Both the position numbers and the translations under genes were made by a program. The notes below the pieces were generated by a model. The model was given only the letters and a program-made list of their open reading frames with translations. It made no database searches and was not told the origin of the DNA. From an uncultured Phycisphaera sp. (GTDB lineage: Bacteria; Planctomycetota; Phycisphaerae; UBA1845): 64,000 nucleotides of DNA. Positions 36,395 through 47,233 of this stretch are shown piece after piece. Location: contig CAZAMB010000001.1 of assembly GCA_964486335.1 (NCBI GenBank), positions 231,979 through 295,978 of the forward strand, in the 5' to 3' direction. Numbering within the stretch: position 1 is the first letter of the stretch; each line of letters begins with the position of its first letter.

Positions 36395-36826
36395 TCAGGA
36401 TTCGGAGTGGTTCGGGGGGCGGTCGAGGCGCATGTAGGTCACGGTGGCGACGGCCACCAGCGTGCCGGCGGGATCGTGCAGCTCGACGTGGACGGGGCAG
36501 AGCGTCTTGCCGAGTTTGATCACGCGGGCGGTGGCGGTCACGTCGCCAATGCAGGCGCTGAGGAAGCGAATCTGAAGGTCGGTGGTGGTCAGCGGTTGCC
36601 GTGGGCCGGTGCGCGTCATGATCGCAAAGCAGGCGACGCTGTCAGCCACGGTGGTGAGCAGCCCGCCATGAAACGACTGAAAGATGCCGTCATACCGCCG
36701 ATCGTGGGGGACGACGACCTTGCAGTAGCCCTCGTCGAACTCGAGCACCTTGAACCCGAGCGTTTCAACGATAGGAACGTGTTTGACGGTGTCAAGGATT
36801 TCCTGAGCGAGTTTCGGATCGAGCAT
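36395..36826 (-). CDS. PaaI-family hotdog-fold thioesterase
   Basis: PIVETLGFKVLEF.EGY....V......N..G.FHGGLLTTVADSVA..A is typical of PaaI/YdiI-type thioesterases. Confidence 0.8.
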   Translation of the reverse strand: MLDPKLAQEILDTVKHVPIVETLGFKVLEFDEGYCKVVVPHDRRYDGIFQSFHGGLLTTVADSVACFAIMTRTGPRQPLTTTDLQIRFLSACIGDVTATARVIKLGKTLCPVHVELHDPAGTLVAVATVTYMRLDRPPNHSES

Positions 36827-36956
36827 CGGCCATTGTCCTTTGTCTACATGCGCGGCGGTGAACGCATCATATCAACAAATCGCCTCCGCGTGCTTGTGCT
36901 TATCGATGGGGCAACATTGTCCAAAAGCGGCGGCACGCAGCGAGCGGATCGTTCTT

Positions 36957-38624
36957 TTACCGTGGCGGGTCGGAAGAAGCACTTCTCAAGAGCCGTGGAA
37001 CGCTTTCGGCCGGTTCGCGAATGGCGGATTCACGATGATGTGTGACCGTGGCGGTTTTGGTCGCGGAGAGTTCGCGACGATGACGGAGCCAGTCGCGGAG
37101 CTGGTCTTGATCGACCGGGATGTTGCCGAGCAGGCCGGCTTCGATCGCGGCGACGGCGTTGCCGAGGTAGGCGGCCTGGGTCAATGACGCGCCGGAGGCG
37201 AGCGCGAGCGTGGACGCCGATAGGAGGGCGTCGCCGCAGCCGAGGTGATCCACCGCGTGATCGGCGAAGGCGGGGAGCAGTTCGCTCTGGAGCCTGGCGG
37301 ACCAGTCGGCGGAGTTTCGATCCTGGCTCGGCCGCTCGAAGACGAGCAGGCCGCGCTTTTCGAGCGTGATGAACAGGTGTCGCGCTTGCGTCTCGCGCAG
37401 AAGGTTCCACGCGACGGCGGAGAGTCCGGAGTCGTGGTCGTTGAGCATGGCGCGGGCTTCGCGCTCGGTGGGGCAGAGCAGATCGACGTTTCGGAAACTG
37501 AGCAGGTGCGCCCGGCCGCCGCTGACGTCCGCGGTGAGAATGGGCACGTTTTGTCGCAGCACCGGCAGCACGCGTTGCAGCAGGGTTCCGGTGATCATGC
37601 CATAACCGAAATCGCAGAAGATGACGGCGTCGGCAAGTTTAGACTGTTGCTCGAGGATGACCGCGGCGCGGCGTTCGGCGACGGAGTCGAGCGGCACGCG
37701 GCGGGCGCGGTCGAGTTTGAAGAGCTTGGCGTCTTCGGCGAGGAAGCGAGTCTTCTCAACGACGGCGGGACGGGCGTCGATGAGATGCGATTCGACTTCT
37801 TCCTTGTCGAGCACGTCTCGGACGGCGCGGGTCGTGGCGTCGTCGGAACCGGCGGCGGCGCTGAGCAGAAACGCATGAGCGCCGAGCGCGGCCACATGGC
37901 GCGCTACGATGGCCGCTCCACCGACATAGGTGCGTTCTTCGCGATGAGCGAGCGAGATCATCGGTCCTTCGCCGGCGAGGCCGATGGCGTCGCAGAGGAC
38001 GTAGCGATCGAGAATCACGTCGCCGACGACGAGGACGTGCAGACCGGCGAAGCGATCAAGCAGGCGATCCATTGAATCGGCGGAGATGTCGCGCGCGCGG
38101 CAGAGCGATTGCAGACGATGCGTCTGAAAGTCGCCGGCGCGAGGCCTGCGCCCGACAAGGGCGGTGGAGCTGAAGACGACCTCGCCGCTGGAGTAGATGA
38201 GTCGGCCGCCATACCCCTCGACGGTGTTCTTCTCAGCGAGAAAACCAGGGTCGGTCGAACCTTCGTACTCGCGCCCCTTCACGTAAACATCCGGTCGGAT
38301 GTCGGAAAGCAGCTCCGCGGCCGTCGGATCGACGTTGATGTAAACGAAATCGACGAACATGATCGCGGCGAGATTCTCGGCGCGGTATTCCTGCGGAATA
38401 TAGGGGCGATTGTCTCCCTTGTTGACGTCGAGATCACCGGTCAGCGAAACGATCAGCACGTCGCCCTGCTGGCGGGCGAATTCGAGGTAGCGAATGTGGC
38501 CCGGATGAACGATGTCGAAGCATCCGTGGCACTGCACGATGGACTTGCCGGCCGCGCGGGCCTCCCGCACGGCTTCGAGCAGCCGGGCGTGATCGACGAT
38601 CTTGCGCTTAAACTCGGAGGTCAT
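36957..38624 (-). CDS. bifunctional cytidylyltransferase-like / PfkB sugar kinase (HldE/RfaE-like, reversed domain order)
   Basis: ATG 38624. The N-terminal block GCFDIVHPGHIRYLEFARQQGDVLIVSLTGD is nucleotidyltransferase-type (HxGH). The C-terminal 330 aa are a PfkB kinase (VLVVGDVILDRYV, GGAA.VA, DHLGCGDALLSA). Confidence 0.85.
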   Translation of the reverse strand: MTSEFKRKIVDHARLLEAVREARAAGKSIVQCHGCFDIVHPGHIRYLEFARQQGDVLIVSLTGDLDVNKGDNRPYIPQEYRAENLAAIMFVDFVYINVDPTAAELLSDIRPDVYVKGREYEGSTDPGFLAEKNTVEGYGGRLIYSSGEVVFSSTALVGRRPRAGDFQTHRLQSLCRARDISADSMDRLLDRFAGLHVLVVGDVILDRYVLCDAIGLAGEGPMISLAHREERTYVGGAAIVARHVAALGAHAFLLSAAAGSDDATTRAVRDVLDKEEVESHLIDARPAVVEKTRFLAEDAKLFKLDRARRVPLDSVAERRAAVILEQQSKLADAVIFCDFGYGMITGTLLQRVLPVLRQNVPILTADVSGGRAHLLSFRNVDLLCPTEREARAMLNDHDSGLSAVAWNLLRETQARHLFITLEKRGLLVFERPSQDRNSADWSARLQSELLPAFADHAVDHLGCGDALLSASTLALASGASLTQAAYLGNAVAAIEAGLLGNIPVDQDQLRDWLRHRRELSATKTATVTHHRESAIREPAESVPRLLRSASSDPPR

Positions 38625-38966
38625 CTTCGGTTCAAACCAATCTTTGGCGGTAATGCCGCACCGTGCGATCGCGGCCCCTCGCCGCTGCCAAGGATATCGG
38701 TCAACAAATGATGATGGATTGACGCTTTCCGCCGGATTGGATTCCGATCTGCGACAACCGGCTCGGATCACCGACGGAGTTTGCCAATACCAGCCTTGTT
38801 GACTGGCGCTGTATGTTTAATCCAATATGCGTTGCCGCGCGTTCCCATTGGTAGACGAAGTCGAAACGGGAGTTCGGATGGCTTGGCGGGCTGGGCCGTC
38901 ACAGGAAGCAGGCTCGTAGTTTTTCGGATCGTGGGTACACTTGGCGCTGGCACACAGGAGTGATCG

Positions 38967-41900
38967 ATGGCGTTCGATAAGGTGGATCCGAAGGCTGATT
39001 TCCCGGCGATGGAGCGGGAGATTCTCGTGTTTTGGGAAAAGACGCGGGCGTTTGACCGGCTGCGCGAGATTACTCGTGGAAAGCCGAAGTGGTCATTCCT
39101 CGACGGACCGATCACGGCCAACAACCCGATGGGCGTCCACCACGCCTGGGGGCGGACCTACAAGGACCTTTATCAACGATACCACGCAGCGATCGGCCGG
39201 GAGCTGCGTTATCAGAACGGGTTCGACTGCCAGGGGTTGTGGGTCGAGGTCGAGGTCGAAAAGGAGCACAAGTTCACCTGCAAGAAGGACATCGAAACGT
39301 TCGGAATCGGGCGATTCGTCGAGGAGTGCAAGGCGCGGGCGAAGAAGTTCGCGGCCATTCAAACGCAGCAGTCCATCCGCCTCGGCCAGTGGATGGACTG
39401 GGACAACTCCTACTACACGATGTCCGACGAGAACAACTACGCGATCTGGGCTTTCCTCAAGAAGTGTCACGAGAAGGGGTTGGTCTATCGCGGCTTCGAC
39501 GTGATGCCGTGGTGCCCGCGCTGCGGGACGGGCCTGTCGCAGATGGAGATGAACGAGGGGTATCGCGAAGTCGCGCACACGTCGGTGTTCGCGACGTTTC
39601 CACTGGTCGATCGACCCAACGAGTCTCTGCTGGTCTGGACGACGACGCCGTGGACGCTGAGCAGCAACGTCGCGGCGGCGGTCAAGCCGGAGATGGCATA
39701 CGTCAAGGTGCGTCAAGGCGATCGTTGCTATTACCTCGGTAAGGTGAACTTCGAGGCCGCCCGCTCGCAGCCGATTCAGTCCGCCGAGAAATCGAAAGTG
39801 CCGGGCCTGATGTCCATTCAGGCGATGTTCAAGAACGTCGGGGCGTTTGAGGTTGTTGAGGAACTTCGTGGCGAAGCGCTCGTCGGGCTGAGGTATCAGG
39901 GGCCGTTTGATTCGCTCGACGGGGCGGCGGAGGCGGTTCCCGTTCATCGTGTGATCGCATGGGACGCGGTCACAGAGTCGGAGGGAACGGGCATTGTCCA
40001 CATCGCGCCCGGTTGCGGAGCCGAGGACTACGCGCTGGGCAAGGAGCTCGGGTTGCCGCAGATCGCGCCGCTGTTCGAGGATGGCCGGTTCCGACCGGAG
40101 TTCGGCTTCCTCGCGGGCAAGCGATTCGATCAGGTGGCTGACGAAGTCGTCGCGGACCTCAAGAAGCGCGGCGTTCTTTTTGCGAAGGAACAGTACTGGC
40201 ATCGCTACCCGCACTGTTGGCGGTGTAAAGACGAATTGGTGTACCGCCTCGTCGACGAGTGGTTCATCAACATGAACTGGCGCGAGCGGATCATGGATTC
40301 GGCGCGCAGTGCCCGCTGGATTCCAGAGTGGGGTGTCGAGCGGGAACTCGACTGGCTTCGCAACATGGGCGACTGGATGATCTCCAAGAAGCGCTACTGG
40401 GGACTGGCGCTGCCGATCTGGGAATGCCACCAGTGCAGCCACTTCGAGGTGATCGGCGGGCGAGACGAACTCAAGGCCCGCGCGGTGTCGGGGTGGGACA
40501 AGTTTGACAATCACTCGCCGCACCGACCGTGGGTGGATGAAGTTCGGATTCGTTGCGCGCAATGCGGCGACGAGAACATGTCGCGGATCAAAGACGTGGG
40601 CAATCCCTGGCTTGACGCGAGTATCGTGCCGTTTTCCACGATGGGATACTTCTCGGATCGGGCGTACTGGGAGGAATGGTTCCCGGCGGAGTTTGTCGTC
40701 GAGGCGCTTCCCGGTCAATTCCGAAACTGGTTCTACGCGTTGTTGACGGTCAGCACGATGATAGCCGACCGATCGCCGTTCAGGGTGCTCAAGGGGCACG
40801 GCCTGGTGATGGACGACGAAGGCAAGCCGATGCACAAGTCGTCGGGCAACGCGATCGAGTTCAACGAGGCCGCGGACTCGATCGGCGTCGACGTGATGCG
40901 CTGGTTGTATGCCTCCACGCCGCCGGAGCGCAACGTGCTGTTCGGGCCGCACCATTGCGACGAAGTCCGCCGCGACGTGATCCTGCCGTGGTGGAACGTC
41001 TATTCGTTTTTCTGCAATCTCGCGCGGGTGGACGACTTCCGGCCGGCCGAGCACACGGCCTCGCGCGAGGAGCGATCGCTGCTCGACCGCTGGATTCTCT
41101 CCGACTTACACAAGCTGATCGGAACGGCGCATCAGGCCTATTCGGCGTTTGACGTGGCGAGATTGTGCGAAGACGCCAAACGGTTCATCGACGTGCTGAG
41201 CACGTGGTACGTGCGCCGGTCGCGGCGGCGGTTTTACGGCGATGGCTGGCCGGCCGACAAACGCGCGGCCTATGCGACGCTGTATGAAGTGCTGACCACC
41301 TTCAATCGCGTGATCGCGCCGATCGTGCCGTTTCTCAGCGAGGCGATCTACCGGAATCTGGTGGCCAACCAGGGCGGCGATTGTGCCGCCAGCGTTCATC
41401 ATGCCGCGTTTCCGCAGGCGGATTCGTCGCTCATTGATGAAACGCTGTCGATGCACGTGGCCGCGTCGCTGCGTTTGATTTCGCTGGCGCGATCGGCGCG
41501 CAAGGAATCGAACCTCAAGATTCGTCAGCCGCTGGCAGCGGTGGTTGTCGTGCCGGGCAGCGAGGCCGAGCGTGCAGCGGTCAAGCTGTTTGAGGATCAC
41601 TTTCTGGAGGAACTGAATGTCAAGGCGGTTTCGATTCGTGATGATCGCGACGGGCTGTATTCCGTTTCGGTTTCGCCCAACATGAAGACGCTGGGGCCGA
41701 AATTCGGTCGTCATCTCGGCGATGCGAAGAATCTGATCGCCGCGATGGACGGGCGCGATTTCGAGGCACGCATGGCACGCGGCGAGGCGTTGGCGGTGGC
41801 GGTGCCCGGCGCGGAAGCCGCGATAGCGCCGGAAGATGTCATCGTAACGAAAAACTACGGCAACGATTGGGCCGGAGCGTCGGACGGGCCGACCGTCGTA

Positions 41901-42212
41901 CTCATCGACAAACGCGTTACACCGGAATTGAAAAATGAAGGCCTCGCGCGGGATATTATTCGAAACGTGCAGAATCTAAGGAAAGACGCGGGACTCGACA
42001 TCGCCGACCGGATCCAACTCGGGTTGGAGTCGGAGTCGGAGATGCTGCGCAGCGCGATCAAAGGATGTGAGATTCGCATTAGCACCGAGACGTTGACGAC
42101 TCAACCTATTATCTATTCAGGTCCTATGCCCGGTGCAATCGACGAACGCGTGGTAGAGATAGAACCAAATCACAGCGTTAAAATTCGAATCGCAAAGAGT
42201 GACGGCTCATAG
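38967..42212 (+). CDS. ileS: isoleucine--tRNA ligase (long, type-2-like form)
   Basis: The 1081-aa product has P.TANN.MGVHHAWGRTYKD (HIGH-type region), GFDCQGLWVE, WTTTPWTL, ISKKRYWG and KPMHKSSGNAIE (KMSKS-type loop). Confidence 0.95.
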   Translation: MAFDKVDPKADFPAMEREILVFWEKTRAFDRLREITRGKPKWSFLDGPITANNPMGVHHAWGRTYKDLYQRYHAAIGRELRYQNGFDCQGLWVEVEVEKEHKFTCKKDIETFGIGRFVEECKARAKKFAAIQTQQSIRLGQWMDWDNSYYTMSDENNYAIWAFLKKCHEKGLVYRGFDVMPWCPRCGTGLSQMEMNEGYREVAHTSVFATFPLVDRPNESLLVWTTTPWTLSSNVAAAVKPEMAYVKVRQGDRCYYLGKVNFEAARSQPIQSAEKSKVPGLMSIQAMFKNVGAFEVVEELRGEALVGLRYQGPFDSLDGAAEAVPVHRVIAWDAVTESEGTGIVHIAPGCGAEDYALGKELGLPQIAPLFEDGRFRPEFGFLAGKRFDQVADEVVADLKKRGVLFAKEQYWHRYPHCWRCKDELVYRLVDEWFINMNWRERIMDSARSARWIPEWGVERELDWLRNMGDWMISKKRYWGLALPIWECHQCSHFEVIGGRDELKARAVSGWDKFDNHSPHRPWVDEVRIRCAQCGDENMSRIKDVGNPWLDASIVPFSTMGYFSDRAYWEEWFPAEFVVEALPGQFRNWFYALLTVSTMIADRSPFRVLKGHGLVMDDEGKPMHKSSGNAIEFNEAADSIGVDVMRWLYASTPPERNVLFGPHHCDEVRRDVILPWWNVYSFFCNLARVDDFRPAEHTASREERSLLDRWILSDLHKLIGTAHQAYSAFDVARLCEDAKRFIDVLSTWYVRRSRRRFYGDGWPADKRAAYATLYEVLTTFNRVIAPIVPFLSEAIYRNLVANQGGDCAASVHHAAFPQADSSLIDETLSMHVAASLRLISLARSARKESNLKIRQPLAAVVVVPGSEAERAAVKLFEDHFLEELNVKAVSIRDDRDGLYSVSVSPNMKTLGPKFGRHLGDAKNLIAAMDGRDFEARMARGEALAVAVPGAEAAIAPEDVIVTKNYGNDWAGASDGPTVVLIDKRVTPELKNEGLARDIIRNVQNLRKDAGLDIADRIQLGLESESEMLRSAIKGCEIRISTETLTTQPIIYSGPMPGAIDERVVEIEPNHSVKIRIAKSDGS

Positions 42213-42262
42213 TCGGCAAAGTGCGAACCGGTTGTGCTGCACGCGGATCCGCTTTTCCAATT

Positions 42263-43438
42263 ATGCAGAGTGACCCAATGACCCGATCAAACGCCAATTT
42301 GGACGATTGGAGCGGTGGATTGTCGCCGCGACGACCCCACTGGTTAACGATGATGGCCTTGTGGGTCGCAGCGTTCGTGCTGGCGTGGAACTGGCTGCGC
42401 CCTGAAAACGCGACGCCCCTTTACAATCCCGCCGCCGAACCCCGCGCGGTGACGCCGCGCGGCAATCTCGCCGAAGATGAAAAAGCGACCATCGAAGTGT
42501 TCAAGGAGGCCTCGCCATCCGTCGTCTACATTACCTCGACTGACGTTGCCCGCGATTATTTCACGCTCAACCTGTTCGAGATTCCACGCGGCACGGGAAC
42601 AGGCTTTATCTACAACCGCGATGGGCACATCGTGACCAATCTCCACGTCATCGCCGCCGGTCGCCGCTGGACGGTCACGCTGGCCGATCACTCCCCGTGG
42701 GAGGCCCGCTTCGTCGGCGCGGCCGAGGATAAGGACCTCGCCGTCCTCAAGATCGACGCGCCGTCGGAGCAGCTCAAGCCGATCGCCGTGGGAACATCGA
42801 GCGATCTGGTGGTGGGGCAGAAGGTCTTCGCGATCGGCAATCCGTTCGGACTCGATCAGACGCTCACGACCGGCGTGGTCAGTGCGCTAGGGCGGGAAAT
42901 CTCCTCTCTCAACAACCGACCGATTCAGGACGTGATTCAAACGGACGCCGCGATCAACCCCGGCAACTCCGGCGGGCCGCTGCTGGACAGCGCAGGGCGA
43001 CTGATCGGCGTGAACACGCAGATCGCCAGTCCGTCGGGCGCGTCGGCCGGCATCGGATTCGCCATTCCCGTCGATACCGTCAACCGCGTGGTGCCGGAGT
43101 TGATCAGATACGGCGAAGTCCAGCGACCGATGCTGGGGGTCGCGATCTGGCCGGACAACATCGCGCGGCAGTTGGGGGTTCGGGGCGTGTTGCTGCGGGA
43201 CGTTTCGCCCGGCAGCCCGGCAGCCGAGGCAGGCCTTCGCGGAACGGAATACGATTCGTTCGCGCGGCTGAAGGTGCTGGGCGACCTGATCGTTAAGATC
43301 GATCAGTACCCCACACCCAACGGCGAGACGCTGCTTGGCGTGCTCGGCAACTACAAGATCGGCGACGAAGTGACCGTCACGTTTCTTCGCGACGGACGCG
43401 AGCAGACGACGACAGCGAAGCTCGGCGCGGCGAAATAA
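42263..43438 (+). CDS. HtrA/DegP-family serine protease with PDZ domain
   Basis: A TM anchor (MMALWVAAFVLAW) is followed by GTGFI....GHIVTNLHV, DKDLAVLKI and TDAAINPGNSGGPLLD (catalytic Ser). The PDZ-like part is GVLLRDVSPGSPAAEAGLR. The start is uncertain: GTG 42221, ATG 42263 or ATG 42278. Confidence 0.88.
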   Translation: MQSDPMTRSNANLDDWSGGLSPRRPHWLTMMALWVAAFVLAWNWLRPENATPLYNPAAEPRAVTPRGNLAEDEKATIEVFKEASPSVVYITSTDVARDYFTLNLFEIPRGTGTGFIYNRDGHIVTNLHVIAAGRRWTVTLADHSPWEARFVGAAEDKDLAVLKIDAPSEQLKPIAVGTSSDLVVGQKVFAIGNPFGLDQTLTTGVVSALGREISSLNNRPIQDVIQTDAAINPGNSGGPLLDSAGRLIGVNTQIASPSGASAGIGFAIPVDTVNRVVPELIRYGEVQRPMLGVAIWPDNIARQLGVRGVLLRDVSPGSPAAEAGLRGTEYDSFARLKVLGDLIVKIDQYPTPNGETLLGVLGNYKIGDEVTVTFLRDGREQTTTAKLGAAK

Positions 43439-43473
43439 TTTCTGTGCCAACCATTGTCGTGCGACCTGACCCT

Positions 43474-45210
43474 TCACTCCCCGGCCGGTCGGCCGCCCTT
43501 GCGCGGATCGGACGCCCCGACCCAACCGTCGGTCGTGCGAAGAATCGCCTGTACGATTCCGGTGCGGCGCTTCTCGGCGATAGTGTGACTTCGTTTGCGA
43601 AGGCCGTCGAGCCATTCGTTGGGCGGATCGCCGTCGAAGAAAACTGTATCCGGCTGCCACTGATGGTGAGGCCGGCGGGCAAGGATCGCTCCTTCCAGAC
43701 TCAGTTCACGATCGACGACGCCAAGCAAAACGTTGAGCACGGAGCTGATGATCCTCGGTCCGCCGGACGCGCCGAGCAGCAGGAACGGCTTGTCGCCCTT
43801 CAGCACGATGGTCGGCGTCATGCTCGAAAGCGGGCGCTTGCCGGGTGCGATCGCGTTGCGGTCGGACTGCACGAGTCCGAACGCGTTGGGCTTGCCCGGC
43901 TCGGCGGTGAAGTCGTCCATCTCGTTGTTGAGAATCAAGCCCCACTCGTCGATGGCGGCGAGCGAACCGAACGAGGTGTTGATCGTCTCGGTGGAGACGA
44001 CGACGTTGCCGAATCGATCGGCGATGGAAAAGTGCGAGGTCCCGGCGTCCTTGGGCATTCCGAGAGAACCGTATTTGCCGATCTCCGAGACGCGGTCGGG
44101 CGTGATGTCGCGGGCGAGAGCGCGGGCGTAGGACTTGGACAGCAGCCGCTCGATCGGCAGTTCGACGAAATCCTGATCACCGAGCCACTGCGCTCGATCG
44201 GCAAAGGCGTGCTTCATCGCCTCGACCTGATAATGAACGGCCAGCGGCGCGTCGTTTTTCATCGCCGATGCGAAATCGAGTGTCTCAAGGATGTTCAGCG
44301 TTTGAGCCAATGCGATGCCGCCCGACGAAGGCGACGGCATGAGCACCAGTTTGTAGTCACGATAGGTGGAAATGACCGGTTCGCGAAGCTTCGGGGCATA
44401 GGCGGCCAGATCAGCCTCGGCCACGATGCCGCCGTGCCGTTTCATCTCGCGAGCGATCGCCTCGGCAACCGGCCCGCGATAGAACAAGTCAGGCCCCTTC
44501 AGGGCCAACTGCTCGAACAAGTGACCGAGTTGCGGCTGAACAAGCACGTCGCCGGGCTTTCGCGGAACTCCGCCGCGAAGATGCGTTCGATAGACGTAGT
44601 CGCACGATTCCTTGAGCGACGGATGCTTATCGTAGGTGTCCACGACTTCGCGACTGACGCGGACGTAGTCCTCATCGACAGGAAAACCCTCCCGGGCGAG
44701 GCGGATCGCCGGTCGCAGCGTCTCCGCGAGCGGCATCGTTCCCCAGAGTGTCAACGCCTGACACCGACCGGCCACCAGTCCGGGGATCGCAACCGCCAGA
44801 TAGCCGAACTCGCTCGGCGACGGCGCATTGGGGCGCAGTTCCTTCGCCTTGACGAACATGTCCGACGTGGCCGCGGCGGGCGCCGTCTCGCGAAAGTCCT
44901 GCACGACGATCCGTCCGTCGGCCAAACGACCAATCAGGAATCCGCCGCCGCCGAGTCCGGTGCTGTAGGGGCGGGTGACCGCCAGTGCGAACGAAACGGC
45001 CGCTGCCGCGTCGAACGCGTTGCCACCTGCCCGGAGAATCTCCAACCCGGCCTTCGATGCATATTCGGAATCGGCCGCGACCATGTTCGATTGGCCGCGA
45101 ACGACCCAATCGGGGGTCTCCGGTGGGGAAGACCATGCCGTCGAACCAGCGCTGAGTGAAGAACAGAGGTACACGATACCCGCCGCCAGAGTTTTCATTG
45201 CCGATCTCAT
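43474..45210 (-). CDS. ggt: gamma-glutamyltransferase
   Basis: Start at ATG 45210 or 45198, with signal [42 protein letters not shown] and the autoprocessing Thr context [11 protein letters not shown], plus [11 protein letters not shown], are present. Confidence 0.92.
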   Translation of the reverse strand: MRSAMKTLAAGIVYLCSSLSAGSTAWSSPPETPDWVVRGQSNMVAADSEYASKAGLEILRAGGNAFDAAAAVSFALAVTRPYSTGLGGGGFLIGRLADGRIVVQDFRETAPAAATSDMFVKAKELRPNAPSPSEFGYLAVAIPGLVAGRCQALTLWGTMPLAETLRPAIRLAREGFPVDEDYVRVSREVVDTYDKHPSLKESCDYVYRTHLRGGVPRKPGDVLVQPQLGHLFEQLALKGPDLFYRGPVAEAIAREMKRHGGIVAEADLAAYAPKLREPVISTYRDYKLVLMPSPSSGGIALAQTLNILETLDFASAMKNDAPLAVHYQVEAMKHAFADRAQWLGDQDFVELPIERLLSKSYARALARDITPDRVSEIGKYGSLGMPKDAGTSHFSIADRFGNVVVSTETINTSFGSLAAIDEWGLILNNEMDDFTAEPGKPNAFGLVQSDRNAIAPGKRPLSSMTPTIVLKGDKPFLLLGASGGPRIISSVLNVLLGVVDRELSLEGAILARRPHHQWQPDTVFFDGDPPNEWLDGLRKRSHTIAEKRRTGIVQAILRTTDGWVGASDPRKGGRPAGE

Positions 45211-45285
45211 GCTGCATCCGTCAGCATACTGTAAGCGGTTTTCCCGTCTACTTGCGACGCCGAAACGGCGTTCGATAATTGCGGT

Positions 45286-47226
45286 GTGTCTACATCGACT
45301 TCGCCAACCGCTCCCGCCGCCGTTCGCCATCTGATCCTCGGCACGGCCGGCCACATCGACCACGGCAAGACGTCGCTCGTCCGCGCCTTGACGGGCATCG
45401 ATACCGACCGGCTTCCCGAGGAACAGCGCCGCGGCATGACCATCGAACTGGGTTTCGCGTCGCTGACCGTCGGAGACACGCAGTTCGGCGTGGTCGACGT
45501 GCCGGGCCACGAGAAGTTCGTTCGGACCATGGTCGCAGGCGCGACGGGGATCGACATCGCCGTGCTCATCGTGGCCGCTGACGATTCGGTCATGCCGCAG
45601 ACCCTGGAGCACGTGGACATTCTTCACTTGCTGGGTGTTTCGCGGGGCGTGGTGGCGATCACCAAGGTCGATCTCGTGGATGCCACAATGGTCGAACTGG
45701 TCGAGGAGGAAGTCCGCGAACTTCTTCGGGGTACGCCGCTGGCGGACGCGGCGGTTTGTCCAGTTTCGTCGATGACCGGCCGGGGACTTGAAGAACTCAA
45801 GACGGCTCTCTTGAACGCGTCGCGGTGCGTCGAGCGAAGGGAAGCGAGGCCGCCGTTTCGCATGGCCGTCGATCGCGTCTTCACGGTGCAGGGCCGGGGA
45901 ACGGTGGTGACCGGATCGGTGCTTCGAGGCGTGGTGTCAAGTGGTGACACTCTTGAGGTGCTGCCGAGCGGATTGACCTGCCGCGTGCGCGACCTTCAGG
46001 CGCACGGGGCGGCGCAGGAGTTGGTGCAGCGCGGTCAGCGCGGAGCGATCAACCTGAGCGGCATCGACCGCGACGCCATTCAGCGCGGCATGGAGGTCGC
46101 AACGCCGGGATACCTTCAGCCGGCGCGGATGGTGGACGTGCGATTTCAGTGCCTGGCGTCGCTCTCGCGCCCGTTGCGATCGGGACTGAGCGCGCGGCTG
46201 GAAATCGGCACGGCGGAGCTTCCGGTTCGGCTCGTGCTGTTTGAAGGCGATGCGCTCGCGCCGGGAGAGTCCGGCTATGCCCAGCTTCGCTGCGGCGATC
46301 CGATCTCGGCAGCGTACGGCCAGCGGTTCATCCTTCGCGATGCGTCCAGTCTGCGCACGATGGGCGGCGGCGTGGTGCTTCGCCCGGTGGCGAGGCGGCG
46401 GCGCGGCGATGCCGCCCGCGAAATCGAAGCACTGAAACGACTGGAGAGCGATTGCCCGGCCGATCGCGTCGAAGAAGTATTGCGAACTTCCGGCTTTGCG
46501 GCGCCGGCCGACTTGCAGGTGTGCGCCCGCGCGGGCGTCGAGTTGGAGGATCTTTCGCGGGTTTACGATCAACTCCGTTCGGAATCTCGTTGGGTTTCTG
46601 TGCCTGGGACGGCGGTTCCGGTTGTCCCCGGTGCAATCGACGACCTTTGCGCTCGGTTGACGTCTTGGTTGGAACGCCATCATCGGGCGCATCCCGAGCT
46701 TCCCGGTCGCCTGACCGATGCAGTGCTGGGTTGGCTGGAGCGAGTCACGAACAATCGAACGCTGGCCCGCCCGCTGCTCGATCAATTCGTTCGCGATCGA
46801 AGGATCAAACTGCTTGGCAAATTCGCCTGTGCGCCCGCCTTTGCCCCCGCACTGCCGCCCGCCGACGAAAAACTGCTCAACGCCATGATCGAGGAGATTC
46901 GCAAGGGGCGGTTTCAGCCACCCGCGCCGGGCGAAACCGCCCCGGCCGCCGGCGTCGATCGCAAGCGACTGGAACGTCTGACGACGCTGGGAGTCGCTCT
47001 CGGCGAACTCGTCCGCATCGACGGATCGATCCATCTTCACACTGCGTGCGAAGCCGAAATGCGCGAGATTGTCGCCAAACTCATCGAACAGACGGGCGGC
47101 GTCACGGTGGCCCAGATTCGCGAGGCGCTGGCGTCGAGTCGCAAATTCGTGGTCCCCTTCGTAGAATACCTCGACCGAATCGGTTGGACGAAGCGCAACG
47201 GCGACTTGCGCGTTCTCGCAAAGTGA
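45286..47226 (+). CDS. selB: selenocysteine-specific translation elongation factor
   Basis: GTG start. The GTPase motifs are [21 protein letters not shown] and TKVD. The long C-terminal winged-helix region ends [26 protein letters not shown], which is typical of SelB. Confidence 0.9.
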   Translation: MSTSTSPTAPAAVRHLILGTAGHIDHGKTSLVRALTGIDTDRLPEEQRRGMTIELGFASLTVGDTQFGVVDVPGHEKFVRTMVAGATGIDIAVLIVAADDSVMPQTLEHVDILHLLGVSRGVVAITKVDLVDATMVELVEEEVRELLRGTPLADAAVCPVSSMTGRGLEELKTALLNASRCVERREARPPFRMAVDRVFTVQGRGTVVTGSVLRGVVSSGDTLEVLPSGLTCRVRDLQAHGAAQELVQRGQRGAINLSGIDRDAIQRGMEVATPGYLQPARMVDVRFQCLASLSRPLRSGLSARLEIGTAELPVRLVLFEGDALAPGESGYAQLRCGDPISAAYGQRFILRDASSLRTMGGGVVLRPVARRRRGDAAREIEALKRLESDCPADRVEEVLRTSGFAAPADLQVCARAGVELEDLSRVYDQLRSESRWVSVPGTAVPVVPGAIDDLCARLTSWLERHHRAHPELPGRLTDAVLGWLERVTNNRTLARPLLDQFVRDRRIKLLGKFACAPAFAPALPPADEKLLNAMIEEIRKGRFQPPAPGETAPAAGVDRKRLERLTTLGVALGELVRIDGSIHLHTACEAEMREIVAKLIEQTGGVTVAQIREALASSRKFVVPFVEYLDRIGWTKRNGDLRVLAK

Positions 47227-47233
47227 GTCCTGC

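Noticed and set aside
36322-36519. A short ORF that starts with a natural-looking N-terminus (MILEAMQLATAELKDRWFEHITKP).
   Set aside because: After about 30 codons it runs antisense through the thioesterase gene as Gly/Arg-rich sequence. It is most likely spurious, or at best a tiny remnant.
39093-41054. A 653-aa minus-strand ORF antisense to ileS. Similar long antisense ORFs occur elsewhere: 43444..45159 (+), 45937..47430 (-), 47102..48466 (-), 56424..57875 (+), 17725..19056 (-), 24896..25795 (-), 50662..51522 (-), 51574..52644 (-), 62726..63430 (-) and 63479..63973 (-).
   Set aside because: Each lies opposite a gene with strong, full-length family motifs. Their translations are Arg/Gly/Ala/Pro-rich low-information sequence, typical of stop-poor antisense frames in GC-rich DNA.
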